DNA of 64,000 nucleotides from positions 23,009 to 87,008 of IMG/VR virus record IMGVR_UViG_3300046336_000034. The stretch is one strand, 5' to 3'. This document shows positions 9,750 through 19,428 of this stretch, piece by piece; the stretch's first letter is position 1, and the number at the start of each line of letters is the position of its first letter. Under the pieces are notes generated by a model. It did no database searches. It was not told the origin of the DNA and worked only from the letters and a program-made list of their open reading frames with translations. A program made the translations under genes and the position numbers. Source of the DNA: a virus.

Positions 9750-10145
9750 TTAAATAGTTGTCAGGACTTGAATGCCGACTGCTTCAAGTGAAGCGTAGAC
9801 AACATCTTTCTCAGCGTCCAAGTCATAGGTAGCATCTAGCACCAAACCTGTTTTAGACACAGAGGCAGGCCCACGAGTCAAAGCAACAACTTTAGTATCT
9901 GTAGCCCCCAAGATGGTGATTGGAGTAACCACGATAGCAGCAGCAACTGCTGAACCGTCTACAGCAGTTTGGACTGCACGTTTGTATTTACCTGTAGCAG
10001 TGACTTTACCAAGCACTGTGCCAACTGCCAATGTACCAGCGGTATCATTAACGGTCACACCAGTACGGCAATATGCCAAATCAGCCCAGAGTTCTTGTTT
10101 AATCACGTTACCTTTAACGTGTGTTTCAGTAGCAATAACAGCCAT
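9750..10145 (-). CDS. Head decoration protein (gpD-like)
   Basis: GTVLGKVTATGKY, DGS..AAAI, RGPA motifs. Confidence 0.88.
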   Translation of the reverse strand: MAVIATETHVKGNVIKQELWADLAYCRTGVTVNDTAGTLAVGTVLGKVTATGKYKRAVQTAVDGSAVAAAIVVTPITILGATDTKVVALTRGPASVSKTGLVLDATYDLDAEKDVVYASLEAVGIQVLTTI

Positions 10146-10169
10146 TTTGAATTTTCCTTATTTATTAAA

Positions 10170-11204
10170 TTACTTAGCAGACTTAGCTTTTTCGGCAGCA
10201 GCTTTAACTGCTTTCATCAAAGGTGTTTCTTCTGTTTTTGTTGCTTCTTCAGAACTAAAACCTTGTTCTTTAAACAAGGCAGCATCTTTCTGCACTACCA
10301 TCAAGCCTTCAAGAGCTTTAACAACTTCTTGGAACACTTCTTCTGATTCAACATTAGCAAGACCTTTTACCAAGGCTTCAACTTTTGCATCGTCTTTCAC
10401 TGTAGCCTTCAACAAATCCTTACGGGATTTTTGAATTGCAGCAGCTTTTTCTACTTCAAATTGCTTAACTGTTTCTAAAGCCTTGGTTAGCTGTTCAGAC
10501 TGCTCTTTCAGTGCCTTCTGAATACTATCTAACTCGCTCTTTTGTACCATCTCAACGGTCACGTCCGTTTCGACTACTTTGACTTCTTTTGTCATCTGAG
10601 TTTCCTTATTTTTAACAATTTTGTCGGAAGGCGAAGCCTCGACACTCTCTTTAGACACTTCTTGGTTTTTAACAACCGTGGCTGTGGCTTCGCCGTTTTC
10701 CGCTACAACAGTTTTAGCTGGTGCTTTAGAATCTTTTTCAATCTTCTTGAATAACTTCTCAAGTTGTGCTTGAGACTTCAAGAGGTCAATGTATGTTTCT
10801 GGCTCTAGTTCAGACAAGGATTTGTCAATGTCTTCAGCTTCTGAAAGCTGCTTGATGATTTCAATTGAAGCTACTTTGCTTGCAATATAATCTTCATATG
10901 TTTCAGGTAGCTCTTCTTCTGAACTTTCAAACCCTAAGGCTCTACTAAGCACTTCAGAATCAAATCCACCTAAATTAAAGAAGACTTGTAGGAACTCACT
11001 AAACTCTAAACTTACTTTTACCTGTGATGCTTTTGCAACGTGCTCATCTGTAAACTTAGAAGCTTTTAGTACAAGTGCATAGGGAGAGCCGTTAGCAGGT
11101 TGCTGACCTTGCCAATCCTCTGTCCCTACTAAGCTGATATGTGCGTCCTTACCGCTAAAGTCTATATTCTTAAGGGTTCTTTTTGGTTTGATTTTTGTTG
11201 TCAT
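10170..11204 (-). CDS. Capsid scaffold protein
   Basis: Charged coiled-coil C-terminus; between protease and decoration genes. Confidence 0.65.
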   Translation of the reverse strand: MTTKIKPKRTLKNIDFSGKDAHISLVGTEDWQGQQPANGSPYALVLKASKFTDEHVAKASQVKVSLEFSEFLQVFFNLGGFDSEVLSRALGFESSEEELPETYEDYIASKVASIEIIKQLSEAEDIDKSLSELEPETYIDLLKSQAQLEKLFKKIEKDSKAPAKTVVAENGEATATVVKNQEVSKESVEASPSDKIVKNKETQMTKEVKVVETDVTVEMVQKSELDSIQKALKEQSEQLTKALETVKQFEVEKAAAIQKSRKDLLKATVKDDAKVEALVKGLANVESEEVFQEVVKALEGLMVVQKDAALFKEQGFSSEEATKTEETPLMKAVKAAAEKAKSAK

Positions 11205-11211
11205 AATTTAG

Positions 11212-11955
11212 TCATTCGATTGCTTCCACAATAGCCATTGCACCAATACTGATACCATTGATTCGTCCATCGACAATTTGTTCCCAAAGGTCTTCGTCAT
11301 GAATTTGTAGTGTCATAAGCCAAGTCCCCTTCTGAATAAAATGCTCATTCAAAACGAGGTCAGTAGGTGCTAGGTAACTCTCAATGACACTGAAGGTTGT
11401 AGTAGGAACACTGTGAAATAAGTAGCAGTTCTGGAGTGATTTATTAAAGGACTCTTTGGCTTTACGAACTTCTTCTTCAGATGTATAGTCACCTGTGAGG
11501 TCAGTTCCTACATTCATACTCACGTATGTGACTTGCATCAAAGCTTTGTCTACTGCTTTAACAACACCTAATGTACCAACAGAATCCTCGCCTTTTTGCT
11601 CCATTTGAGCCTTGGTGATTTCCGTCCTATCAGATACTAAAATACCTTCAGCTTTGAGAATGGACTTACTCCATGCAAGTCCAGATTTGCCACCTAAAGC
11701 ATAATATGTCATTACATTGTCGTCACAACCTCCATCCCACAGTTTCTTATTAAAATCTAAGCCCTTTTCGAGTTTAGTTAAAGTGTGGTACATATTAGAG
11801 ATTGTTTTAATATCGAACTTAACTGATTTAGCTAATTCGACTTGTTGTAATCTTTGTTTAGCTACATAAGACTCTCTAGGGTAACGTTCTGATATTGCAA
11901 TACCCCTAGAAATATTATCCAAAACAGCCGTTGTAGGCTGGTAGTATTTAATCAT
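11212..11955 (-). CDS. Prohead protease, XkdF-like
   Basis: C-terminal DLTGD...H, ESYLAP, KGTWL, INGISIGA. Confidence 0.75.
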   Translation of the reverse strand: MIKYYQPTTAVLDNISRGIAISERYPRESYVAKQRLQQVELAKSVKFDIKTISNMYHTLTKLEKGLDFNKKLWDGGCDDNVMTYYALGGKSGLAWSKSILKAEGILVSDRTEITKAQMEQKGEDSVGTLGVVKAVDKALMQVTYVSMNVGTDLTGDYTSEEEVRKAKESFNKSLQNCYLFHSVPTTTFSVIESYLAPTDLVLNEHFIQKGTWLMTLQIHDEDLWEQIVDGRINGISIGAMAIVEAIE

Positions 11956-11981
11956 TGTTATTATTCCTAACCTATACTATT

Positions 11982-12010
11982 ATTATACCATAAAATCATA
12001 CAAAAAGCAA
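11982..12010 (-). promoter_or_regulatory. Sigma70-type promoter for the capsid operon
   Basis: Minus strand TTGCTT-17 nt-TATAAT with TG extension. Confidence 0.55.
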
Positions 12011-12036
12011 GTGAAATATTAGTTTCTTATAATTAT

Positions 12037-14709
12037 TTAACACCAGAACCAATTATTACCATCGGAGATAATACTTCTCTGAGTCTGTGCAGCGATAGAC
12101 TGTGAACCACCCCACTGGATAGCTCCTTGAGTTGCAGTGATAGTAATTGCATTTCCACCTACATTTGATAATCTAAATAGTTTACCTGTGGATGTATTTG
12201 CTGCTGGAAGTGTTACAGTCTGAGATGCTGGTACATCAAATAACAATACAGAATCAGTTAATGTCGCTGAATAACTTCCTGTCTTGTACGATACTGCCTC
12301 TAAACCCTTAACAGCACTTAGATTATTAACCCATTCTTGAAGTGCGTATGTACCTGAAGCGTCTGGGATAGTCTGAGTTCTATTATCTGATAAAGTGCAG
12401 TCAATGGTATTAACTAAGCCGTTAGACCTGTAGTTCATTCTCGAAGCAACATAGAAGTTATCAGTGTTTACATCAAGCCTGTTGCCAGTTGAATTACCAG
12501 TGAACTTTGCTATTGAAGCACCCTTACCATTGAAGATGTGAAAACTTCTAAACCAAGGAGAACTATATGTACTTGTGTTGGGGTCAAATCCTGAGTTATA
12601 ACTCACAGCGATTTCAGATGTATCACCTGTTTCTCCAAAATAACCTGAGTACAGTATCTGATTTAAACCCGCTGTAACTGCTCCAAATTGCAATGCTGAA
12701 TAGAATGTTGCTGTTCTCGAAGCACCAGTTATCTTCATTGCAGCAAGACCTTTACCGTTGAAAATAGTAAAGTCCCTGTAGTAATTAGAACTAGGTGAGG
12801 TGTAGTTCAAGGTTAAACCAGAGTTCGCTGCAGTAGTCACATCGTTAATGTCGTTGCCAGAGAATGTAAAGTTAGATAATTTTGCTCCGTTAACGAAGTT
12901 CCAAGTACCTGTAATACTCTCTGCTACTGACGCTGATAAACCACTCCCGCCGCCTCCACTGCCACCTGTAATAGTAGCTGGAATCCACTTACCTGTTGAA
13001 GTAGACCATGTTAAGGACTGTCCGTCTGTGGGTACTGTAGTTGCAGTATCAACATCTGATAAGTCATCAATAACTGCATCAGAAATATCTACATTACTTA
13101 CGTGATTATCTAAAATCTCAACAATCATGTCGTCTAGGAAGACATCAGCAGTTCCTGTGGCGGTTATCTCAACGTAGAACTTAGATGCACCTATTGGAGC
13201 GCGTGAGTACGGACGTAAGCTCTCAGTTCTCCAAGTAGTACCAATCTCTGCCAAAGTATAACTAAAAGTAAATGTACGAGAAGATACTACGGTATCGTAG
13301 AACTGTGAATCATAACCAACTGTTACAACAAAAGTTGAGCCAACAGGTACTGAACCGTAAGTCTTGAAAGATAATGTAGGTTTAGCTGTTGGAGCTACTT
13401 GGAATACTTTACGCACCTTAGAGGTCTGCCCAGAGGGGTTAAAGCGTAAGGACTTAGTTCCAGTGGCTGCATGAAGGGTAGATATAACAGGGTCGATATA
13501 TCCAGCACCTTGTGTTATCTTCCAATCTCTAGGTGTAGCATTCCGCTCGAATGAGCCGTCCACTAATAGGTTATTCCTGTCCCCGTGGACATGCACACGT
13601 TTATTTGCTGCGGAGTATCTTCCACCGTCGAAGGATGTCAGATTCGATATATAGGCTGCACCTTTGAATATCGACTGTGGGGTAAACTCCCCAGTAGGTG
13701 TAAAAGATACGTGAGAATTAGATAAAAAGATACCTGCATCAGCACTCCCAGTATCCGAGCCATCAATAGAATCATCTGCTACCCCAATATAAACACTAAT
13801 AGTTTCGTTAACAACGATTAAGGTATTGGATAAACAGATTCTTGAATTAGAATCTTTAGCTACCATCCAAGGTTTAATGTTTGGATTGTCAATGGACTCG
13901 ATATGTGAGTCCGTAATGTAGATACTACCGCCAAACTCTGAAATCAGTGCTTCTTGCGTGAAGTAATCAAATGAGCAATTTGAGAATGAAAAATTACCAC
14001 CTGTTGCATGTACTAATGTGTTACTGTTAAAAATAACACAGTTTGTAAAACCAATACGTTCTCCAGAATCTTCAAGGGTTATACCTGCGTACTCGATAGC
14101 AAGATTGCAGTTATGAATGGAGCAAGAGTCTATCTTCTGAATATAACTGTGGTCACCAAATGTGATGCCCTTATCAAACCCAGAGATGTTGCAATTCTGC
14201 ACTGATGCATGAGCACCAGAAAAGGATAAACCTTCTCCGAACTTTACACCAATAACAGGGGTTCGAGTATTTCCATAACTAGCACCTTTGATGTTTAAAC
14301 CCATCACCTGATAAACAGCTAAGTCCCAAAGGACTGCAAAATTATTCGGTGTGGTAACTAAAAAGGCAGTGCCAGTTGTGAGACCAGAGAAGTCCAATTT
14401 AGCACCGTTCCCTACAATAGAATGTGTGCCATAATTGTAGACGACACCTGTACCCATTAGATACGTGTATGGGGAGAACACAAGGGTGGAGTGAGACAGC
14501 GCACAAGCATCTAGTGCTGCTTGGATATACGTAGAAACAGAGACAGTGTTTGTCCCTGCTTCAATTGCTGTCCAAATGTTTAAAGGAATAAAATCCTGTA
14601 ACAGAACAGAAGACTCAGCAACAAGGTCGTTGTAGCCAAGAAGTTTGTCATTTGTAGGTAGTCTTCTTGGTAAACCTCTTACCAGTGTTGATGGTTTTCT
14701 TATTGGCAT
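12037..14709 (-). CDS. Spike/depolymerase-like protein (beta-helix, CBM-like and fibre segments)
   Basis: IQAALDA start of pectate-lyase-like helix with repeating NC/DS turns; NLLVDGSFE CBM-like start; IDDLSDVD...DGQSLTW linker; C-terminal TVTLPAA...SDGNNW. Confidence 0.7.
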   Translation of the reverse strand: MPIRKPSTLVRGLPRRLPTNDKLLGYNDLVAESSVLLQDFIPLNIWTAIEAGTNTVSVSTYIQAALDACALSHSTLVFSPYTYLMGTGVVYNYGTHSIVGNGAKLDFSGLTTGTAFLVTTPNNFAVLWDLAVYQVMGLNIKGASYGNTRTPVIGVKFGEGLSFSGAHASVQNCNISGFDKGITFGDHSYIQKIDSCSIHNCNLAIEYAGITLEDSGERIGFTNCVIFNSNTLVHATGGNFSFSNCSFDYFTQEALISEFGGSIYITDSHIESIDNPNIKPWMVAKDSNSRICLSNTLIVVNETISVYIGVADDSIDGSDTGSADAGIFLSNSHVSFTPTGEFTPQSIFKGAAYISNLTSFDGGRYSAANKRVHVHGDRNNLLVDGSFERNATPRDWKITQGAGYIDPVISTLHAATGTKSLRFNPSGQTSKVRKVFQVAPTAKPTLSFKTYGSVPVGSTFVVTVGYDSQFYDTVVSSRTFTFSYTLAEIGTTWRTESLRPYSRAPIGASKFYVEITATGTADVFLDDMIVEILDNHVSNVDISDAVIDDLSDVDTATTVPTDGQSLTWSTSTGKWIPATITGGSGGGGSGLSASVAESITGTWNFVNGAKLSNFTFSGNDINDVTTAANSGLTLNYTSPSSNYYRDFTIFNGKGLAAMKITGASRTATFYSALQFGAVTAGLNQILYSGYFGETGDTSEIAVSYNSGFDPNTSTYSSPWFRSFHIFNGKGASIAKFTGNSTGNRLDVNTDNFYVASRMNYRSNGLVNTIDCTLSDNRTQTIPDASGTYALQEWVNNLSAVKGLEAVSYKTGSYSATLTDSVLLFDVPASQTVTLPAANTSTGKLFRLSNVGGNAITITATQGAIQWGGSQSIAAQTQRSIISDGNNWFWC

Positions 14710-14717
14710 AGTTAAAA

Positions 14718-15254
14718 TTATTTAGACAGTGCTACGATGTCACCTGCTGTTGCTCTACTTGATATTTTTCTATCAATCCTTGCTAATTCAACAGCTAGGG
14801 CTTGACGAATAACTAATGCTGTTTGCTCTTCTGTTAAAGCTGTGCCAGTTACTACGTTTTGGTAACTTACTGCACTGTTTACTAGTGCTGAGACGGTTGC
14901 AGGATATATTGGTAAATCACTATAAGACCAAAAGGCTGTTGAGTAATTATCTGAGTACACAACTCCGTTTACAGCTACAAGGTTAGGGTCATAGATAATC
15001 TTCCAATTGTTAATCAAAAAGAAAGTTACACCTGTTTCACCGTTAGGAATAATATCTCCACCTGAGAAACGCATAGCTGGAATAGACCAAGGTTCTCTTT
15101 GTACCCACCGTACCCATGCTGAATACACATCAGCACGGATGTCTAAGGAGGTTACACCTTCATTCACTGTAATCTTACGTGTTACACCGTTGAAGGACAC
15201 CTTTTCATTAAGTGCCCATTCTTCCCCCCACGCTGCCCAAATTAAAGCAGCCAT
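14718..15254 (-). CDS. Putative virion structural protein
   Basis: ORF track; N-terminal FNGVTRKITV...DVYSAWVRW domain. Confidence 0.55.
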   Translation of the reverse strand: MAALIWAAWGEEWALNEKVSFNGVTRKITVNEGVTSLDIRADVYSAWVRWVQREPWSIPAMRFSGGDIIPNGETGVTFFLINNWKIIYDPNLVAVNGVVYSDNYSTAFWSYSDLPIYPATVSALVNSAVSYQNVVTGTALTEEQTALVIRQALAVELARIDRKISSRATAGDIVALSK

Positions 15255-15257
15255 GAT

Positions 15258-16622
15258 TTACCAAAGCTCTCTGTAAGATAGATTTAAAGAAACTTTAGTT
15301 GGTAATGGAGACAACTTTGTAGCCGTAAAACTCCAGACTTCAGCTACACCATTTGCAGCACACATGATACCTTCGTCATTGACTTCAAACCACTCTGCCA
15401 TGTCTATAGAAGCAGCACCCTTGGTTATGTATACAACCTTGAACTTACGCGACCCCGCTGTACTCAATGTGCCATCTATAGTACCATCGATTGATGAATC
15501 AGAGGTTAAAGTCCAAGACCCCCCTGTAAGAGATGTTGTTTGCCAAATAGTAATTGCACAAGGCTCATCAGCGTATACATTCAGTGTCTCAGGATAGGTT
15601 TGTACGCTATTATGTTTACCGTTGATTGTAGTTTTTGATTTGACAGAAAGCAAATGTGTACCTGTTGTTACAGTAACATCCGTAACATCCATGTCTGCCG
15701 CTCTCCAGAAGGCATAATCCTTGAAATCACCTTCTGTATATGCAGCCATACAGACTTCACGAAGTTCACTTGAAGCGCCTGCGGCTGCTGTATTTACATT
15801 CTCTGTCCTTAGGGGTAAAGTACCTGTACGCATATACGGTAGATTGTTTGTGCCTGCATTAAAGAACGAATGACAAACCAGTCTAGCACCTGATGGTTCA
15901 TAAATACCGAAACGTACACGTCCTGCGCCTAGCCATTGATAGTCAATCCAATAGACATTAATTTTTGTCAAGTCAATGTTATGTCCAGAAGGGCCTGTAC
16001 CGTCGAGTTTATCTCCGTTCCAGTTTTGTCGTGCAACCCTGTTGTGAGTGACACTACCTGATGTGGATGAGCGAATAACCGCACCTAACTCTGTACCTGC
16101 TAGTTCAAAGTACAAACCATCATTGTTATCGAATGCACCCCACCTGCGAGAGTTACCTACCTTGCCTGTGTCACCACAAGCTATTGTTTGGTTAATAAGG
16201 TTAGAAGTTCCGGGATTATAATAGTGATAACGGTTGGTTGTGCGTGTTACACGAGAGCCAATTGTCCCTGTAACACTCAACACATTTGATGACCCAACAG
16301 AGTCATAGGTGTTAACACCGCCTGTTACCTCTTCAACAGTGAAAAGTGCGTCATATGTGTCTAACGAAGCCTCGTAAACACCTAGAGCACGTTGTTGTGT
16401 GTTTTTCAAAGAACCAAAGCCAGACATGATAGGTTGACCCTCCGCAAAACGCACAGAGGCGCTTCCTCTATTGTCAATTGCTTGAATGTTCTCTGGTGAA
16501 GTTGGGTCAGCTAGATGGAGGACTTGCGCTTGAACGTTGTTACCATTGACCAAGTGCTGACGTGTATATATTTTTTTTCCTGTAGAGTCAGGTGGGATAG
16601 TGACAAAATTGCTTGTACTCAT
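15258..16622 (-). CDS. Putative virion structural protein (beta-rich)
   Basis: 454 aa, DYQWLGAGRVRFG motif recalled from uncharacterised viral proteins. Confidence 0.55.
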   Translation of the reverse strand: MSTSNFVTIPPDSTGKKIYTRQHLVNGNNVQAQVLHLADPTSPENIQAIDNRGSASVRFAEGQPIMSGFGSLKNTQQRALGVYEASLDTYDALFTVEEVTGGVNTYDSVGSSNVLSVTGTIGSRVTRTTNRYHYYNPGTSNLINQTIACGDTGKVGNSRRWGAFDNNDGLYFELAGTELGAVIRSSTSGSVTHNRVARQNWNGDKLDGTGPSGHNIDLTKINVYWIDYQWLGAGRVRFGIYEPSGARLVCHSFFNAGTNNLPYMRTGTLPLRTENVNTAAAGASSELREVCMAAYTEGDFKDYAFWRAADMDVTDVTVTTGTHLLSVKSKTTINGKHNSVQTYPETLNVYADEPCAITIWQTTSLTGGSWTLTSDSSIDGTIDGTLSTAGSRKFKVVYITKGAASIDMAEWFEVNDEGIMCAANGVAEVWSFTATKLSPLPTKVSLNLSYRELW

Positions 16623-17512
16623 TTATTTTCTCTGTTTGTTTTATTACGTTTTGGAAATAATGCTCTTTGCTCTGGTGTTAATTCTTTCAGACGAAACCAT
16701 CCTTCAGGTATCTCATGTAAGCACCTATGCTCAAGTGTTAAAGGGTTGTAAAGGTTTATACGACCCTTTATCTTTTCACTCCGTTGTTTGGAATAAGCTT
16801 CAGCACCTCCTGCCTTCTCTACGCCCTTAGCTTGACGAAGTTTCCCTTGATTGGAAAGTGCAGCCGTACCTTTAGAAAGTTCACGAACTTTACACGCTTC
16901 TCGATGAGACTCAGATTGGTGCGTGATTTTCGCTTTTACCCTTGCCTCGTCTGAGTGGAGACTTCTACCTAACCACTCTGTTGTTGAGTGGTCAATGCTC
17001 TTGTGTGCATCAAGCATAGGTCTTGTGCATTTTTCTTTACGTACAGGACAAAGCATTAACTCTTTTTGTAAATCTGAATTTTTCTTTTGAGACACCTCAT
17101 CTGTGTAGTACCACCTCTTAGCTGCCATTACCTTATCTCGATATTCGTCAGTCGTCCAAAGGTCTATCATTGCACTATTAAAGTTTTTCTTTAGGTGCTC
17201 ATACTGTCTTGAGTGTTTGCTCACACCGCAACGTTGAGCCATACATGTAACCGCGAAATGCATTTTTCTCTTCAAGGCGGGGACACTGGTAAGTTTAGAC
17301 AGTAATCTATGTGCAACATAGTGTTCCCTTGCTGTGAGAATCACAAGATTTTCTTTATCAGTTTCTCCACCCATTCCAAACGATACTGGTAATATATGGT
17401 GCTTCTCTGTGTAACCTGTTAAATCACGACTTTTTGCAGATAGAATAAGATTAGTATACCATTTACAATATTTATTATCATTTGCAACAGTTTTCAGTAA
17501 ATCAAGATACAT
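16619..17512 (-). CDS. HNH homing endonuclease (T4 Mob-like)
   Basis: YTEKHHILP...GG..DKENLVILTAREHYVAHRLL. Confidence 0.85.
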   Translation of the reverse strand: MYLDLLKTVANDNKYCKWYTNLILSAKSRDLTGYTEKHHILPVSFGMGGETDKENLVILTAREHYVAHRLLSKLTSVPALKRKMHFAVTCMAQRCGVSKHSRQYEHLKKNFNSAMIDLWTTDEYRDKVMAAKRWYYTDEVSQKKNSDLQKELMLCPVRKEKCTRPMLDAHKSIDHSTTEWLGRSLHSDEARVKAKITHQSESHREACKVRELSKGTAALSNQGKLRQAKGVEKAGGAEAYSKQRSEKIKGRINLYNPLTLEHRCLHEIPEGWFRLKELTPEQRALFPKRNKTNRENK

Positions 17513-17550
17513 TTATAAGCCCCGTAATACACACTATTTAAAAATATAAA

Positions 17551-19227
17551 CTACAAAAATGCTCTGTCTGTCTCTGCTGATGCTACTATTTTGATAGTCT
17601 TAGACGCAGTCAATCCACCGCTGGCAGAAGTGGTAACAACAACTGGTTTAGCAGAACCAGATTTACCTGCTACTAAGGTAACGGCAGTGTCTGTACCGCC
17701 TGTACGTAGACCACCTGCAGTGTCGTTTGTGTAGTCATAGTTAAACGCAATAGAAGCAGAGGAAATAGTTCCTGAGATGTTTGTCCCTGCTTTGTTTTTC
17801 ACAATAACAGCGTCAGTTGTACCCCAATCATTTGTCGAGGTCAAATCAGAGTAGTACAGGACATACCATCCACCAACTAAGTTAGCAGAGAAATCCAATG
17901 AACCAGCAGAAGCAAACGGATATTCACGTTGTACAGCGGAATTATCAAAGAACTGAATTGTATTAATGTCAGCATCTGAAAGACCTTCAACAATAACACC
18001 AGTACCACCACCTGCAGGATTAGTAGGAGCGTAGAAACCACAAACAAGTTTAGCTGTCCAGTTCATCAGCAACGAAGCTGTTTTACCGATTACAGAAGTA
18101 CCGCCGTTTACACTGTTAATTGTAGTAGCTTGGCGCAACTTCGCTTGAACAAAAGTGTAGACTTGTTTTAGTGTTGCTGTAACAGGTGTTGCAGGTGAAA
18201 GTGTAAAACTAGTCCCTGCTGCTGTACCAAGTAAATTACTTGTTAATGTCACCACTGTACTTGTTGGTGAGCCACTAATTGTGTACACACCCTTGGCAGC
18301 ACCATTGTGAATAGTTAAAGTGCCACCAGTGAAGTTTGCACCTGTAATACCGCCTGTTGTAGAGGTAAAAACTGGTGTACCTGTAGTACCTGCACCATCG
18401 ATACCTGAGTGCGTACCAACATCTACAACGATACCAAAACTACGTGGTGTTCCTGCTAGGTCAACATCCTTCTGGAAAGCACCAGAGAAATAGTTGATTC
18501 GCATTTTATTGTACGGAGTAATAGGTGTTGTGATAACGTCCGTATCGGTGTTAACAATGTCTAAGTCGTCTGAGTTAGACAGCAATAAGTTAACCAAGTA
18601 AGCGCCTGTACCAGTTTTACCTGTATCTGCCAAAACAGAGTCAGTGTATTTCTTAGCGTAGATACGGCAATAACCTTTTAAGTAAGTATTGCTTGTAAAG
18701 TTACCGTTAGCTGCATCACCATATACTTGCACACCTAAGTTAGCTGCATCTGTGTATGTGAAATCAATTGCAGAGCCTGCTGAAACTTTTTGATAGTAAA
18801 GCTGTGCTGATGTGGACACAGACCCCAAGGACACGACACCTGCAAAGGTTGAAGCAATTGTACCTGATGCGGAAGTACCGTCAGCGCCTGCGGCTGTAGG
18901 TGTGTACTCATTCCAACCACCATCACGAAGGTACAGACGTGTACCTGTTGACAATGTTCCACCGAAGACCCAGTTGTTGTACCGAGTACCGTCGAAACCA
19001 ATATTAAACTGACCAGATAATGCGTCAATCGTGTAGAACGGAAATGGGTGCTCGTTGTATGTAGCAGATTCCCATAACTGAATTAGTTTAGAGTAAAGTG
19101 CTTGCCAAGTGACACCGTCTTTTGCAACTAGGTTACCTGCTACGTTTAATGTAATGGTACGAGTCCCTACATCTACTGTGAGTTCCGTGCCTATGTTCAG
19201 AGAACTTTTATTTATCAGCTTTGTCAT
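17551..19227 (-). CDS. Putative virion structural protein, Thr/Gly-rich
   Basis: 558 aa; DGVTWQALYSKLIQLW...PFP N-terminal domain. Confidence 0.55.
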   Translation of the reverse strand: MTKLINKSSLNIGTELTVDVGTRTITLNVAGNLVAKDGVTWQALYSKLIQLWESATYNEHPFPFYTIDALSGQFNIGFDGTRYNNWVFGGTLSTGTRLYLRDGGWNEYTPTAAGADGTSASGTIASTFAGVVSLGSVSTSAQLYYQKVSAGSAIDFTYTDAANLGVQVYGDAANGNFTSNTYLKGYCRIYAKKYTDSVLADTGKTGTGAYLVNLLLSNSDDLDIVNTDTDVITTPITPYNKMRINYFSGAFQKDVDLAGTPRSFGIVVDVGTHSGIDGAGTTGTPVFTSTTGGITGANFTGGTLTIHNGAAKGVYTISGSPTSTVVTLTSNLLGTAAGTSFTLSPATPVTATLKQVYTFVQAKLRQATTINSVNGGTSVIGKTASLLMNWTAKLVCGFYAPTNPAGGGTGVIVEGLSDADINTIQFFDNSAVQREYPFASAGSLDFSANLVGGWYVLYYSDLTSTNDWGTTDAVIVKNKAGTNISGTISSASIAFNYDYTNDTAGGLRTGGTDTAVTLVAGKSGSAKPVVVTTSASGGLTASKTIKIVASAETDRAFL

Positions 19228-19230
19228 GGT

Positions 19231-19428
19231 TTATTTAATTTCTATAGTGTCGATGATGTAGGAACTGGATGCAAAGCGTAGACCTTCTGGTAGCTGAATT
19301 ACTTTATCGTAGTAAATCATTGTTCCATCGCTAAGTTGAACAGGGTTACTATCTGATTCAAGAACACTCCCTACGTATTTACCGTCTGTAGTGTCCGTGA
19401 TACAGAGTTTTAATTTTTTAACTTTCAC
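19231..19428 (-). CDS. Hypothetical protein
   Basis: ORF track; tightly coupled to neighbours. Confidence 0.55.
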   Translation of the reverse strand: MKVKKLKLCITDTTDGKYVGSVLESDSNPVQLSDGTMIYYDKVIQLPEGLRFASSSYIIDTIEIK

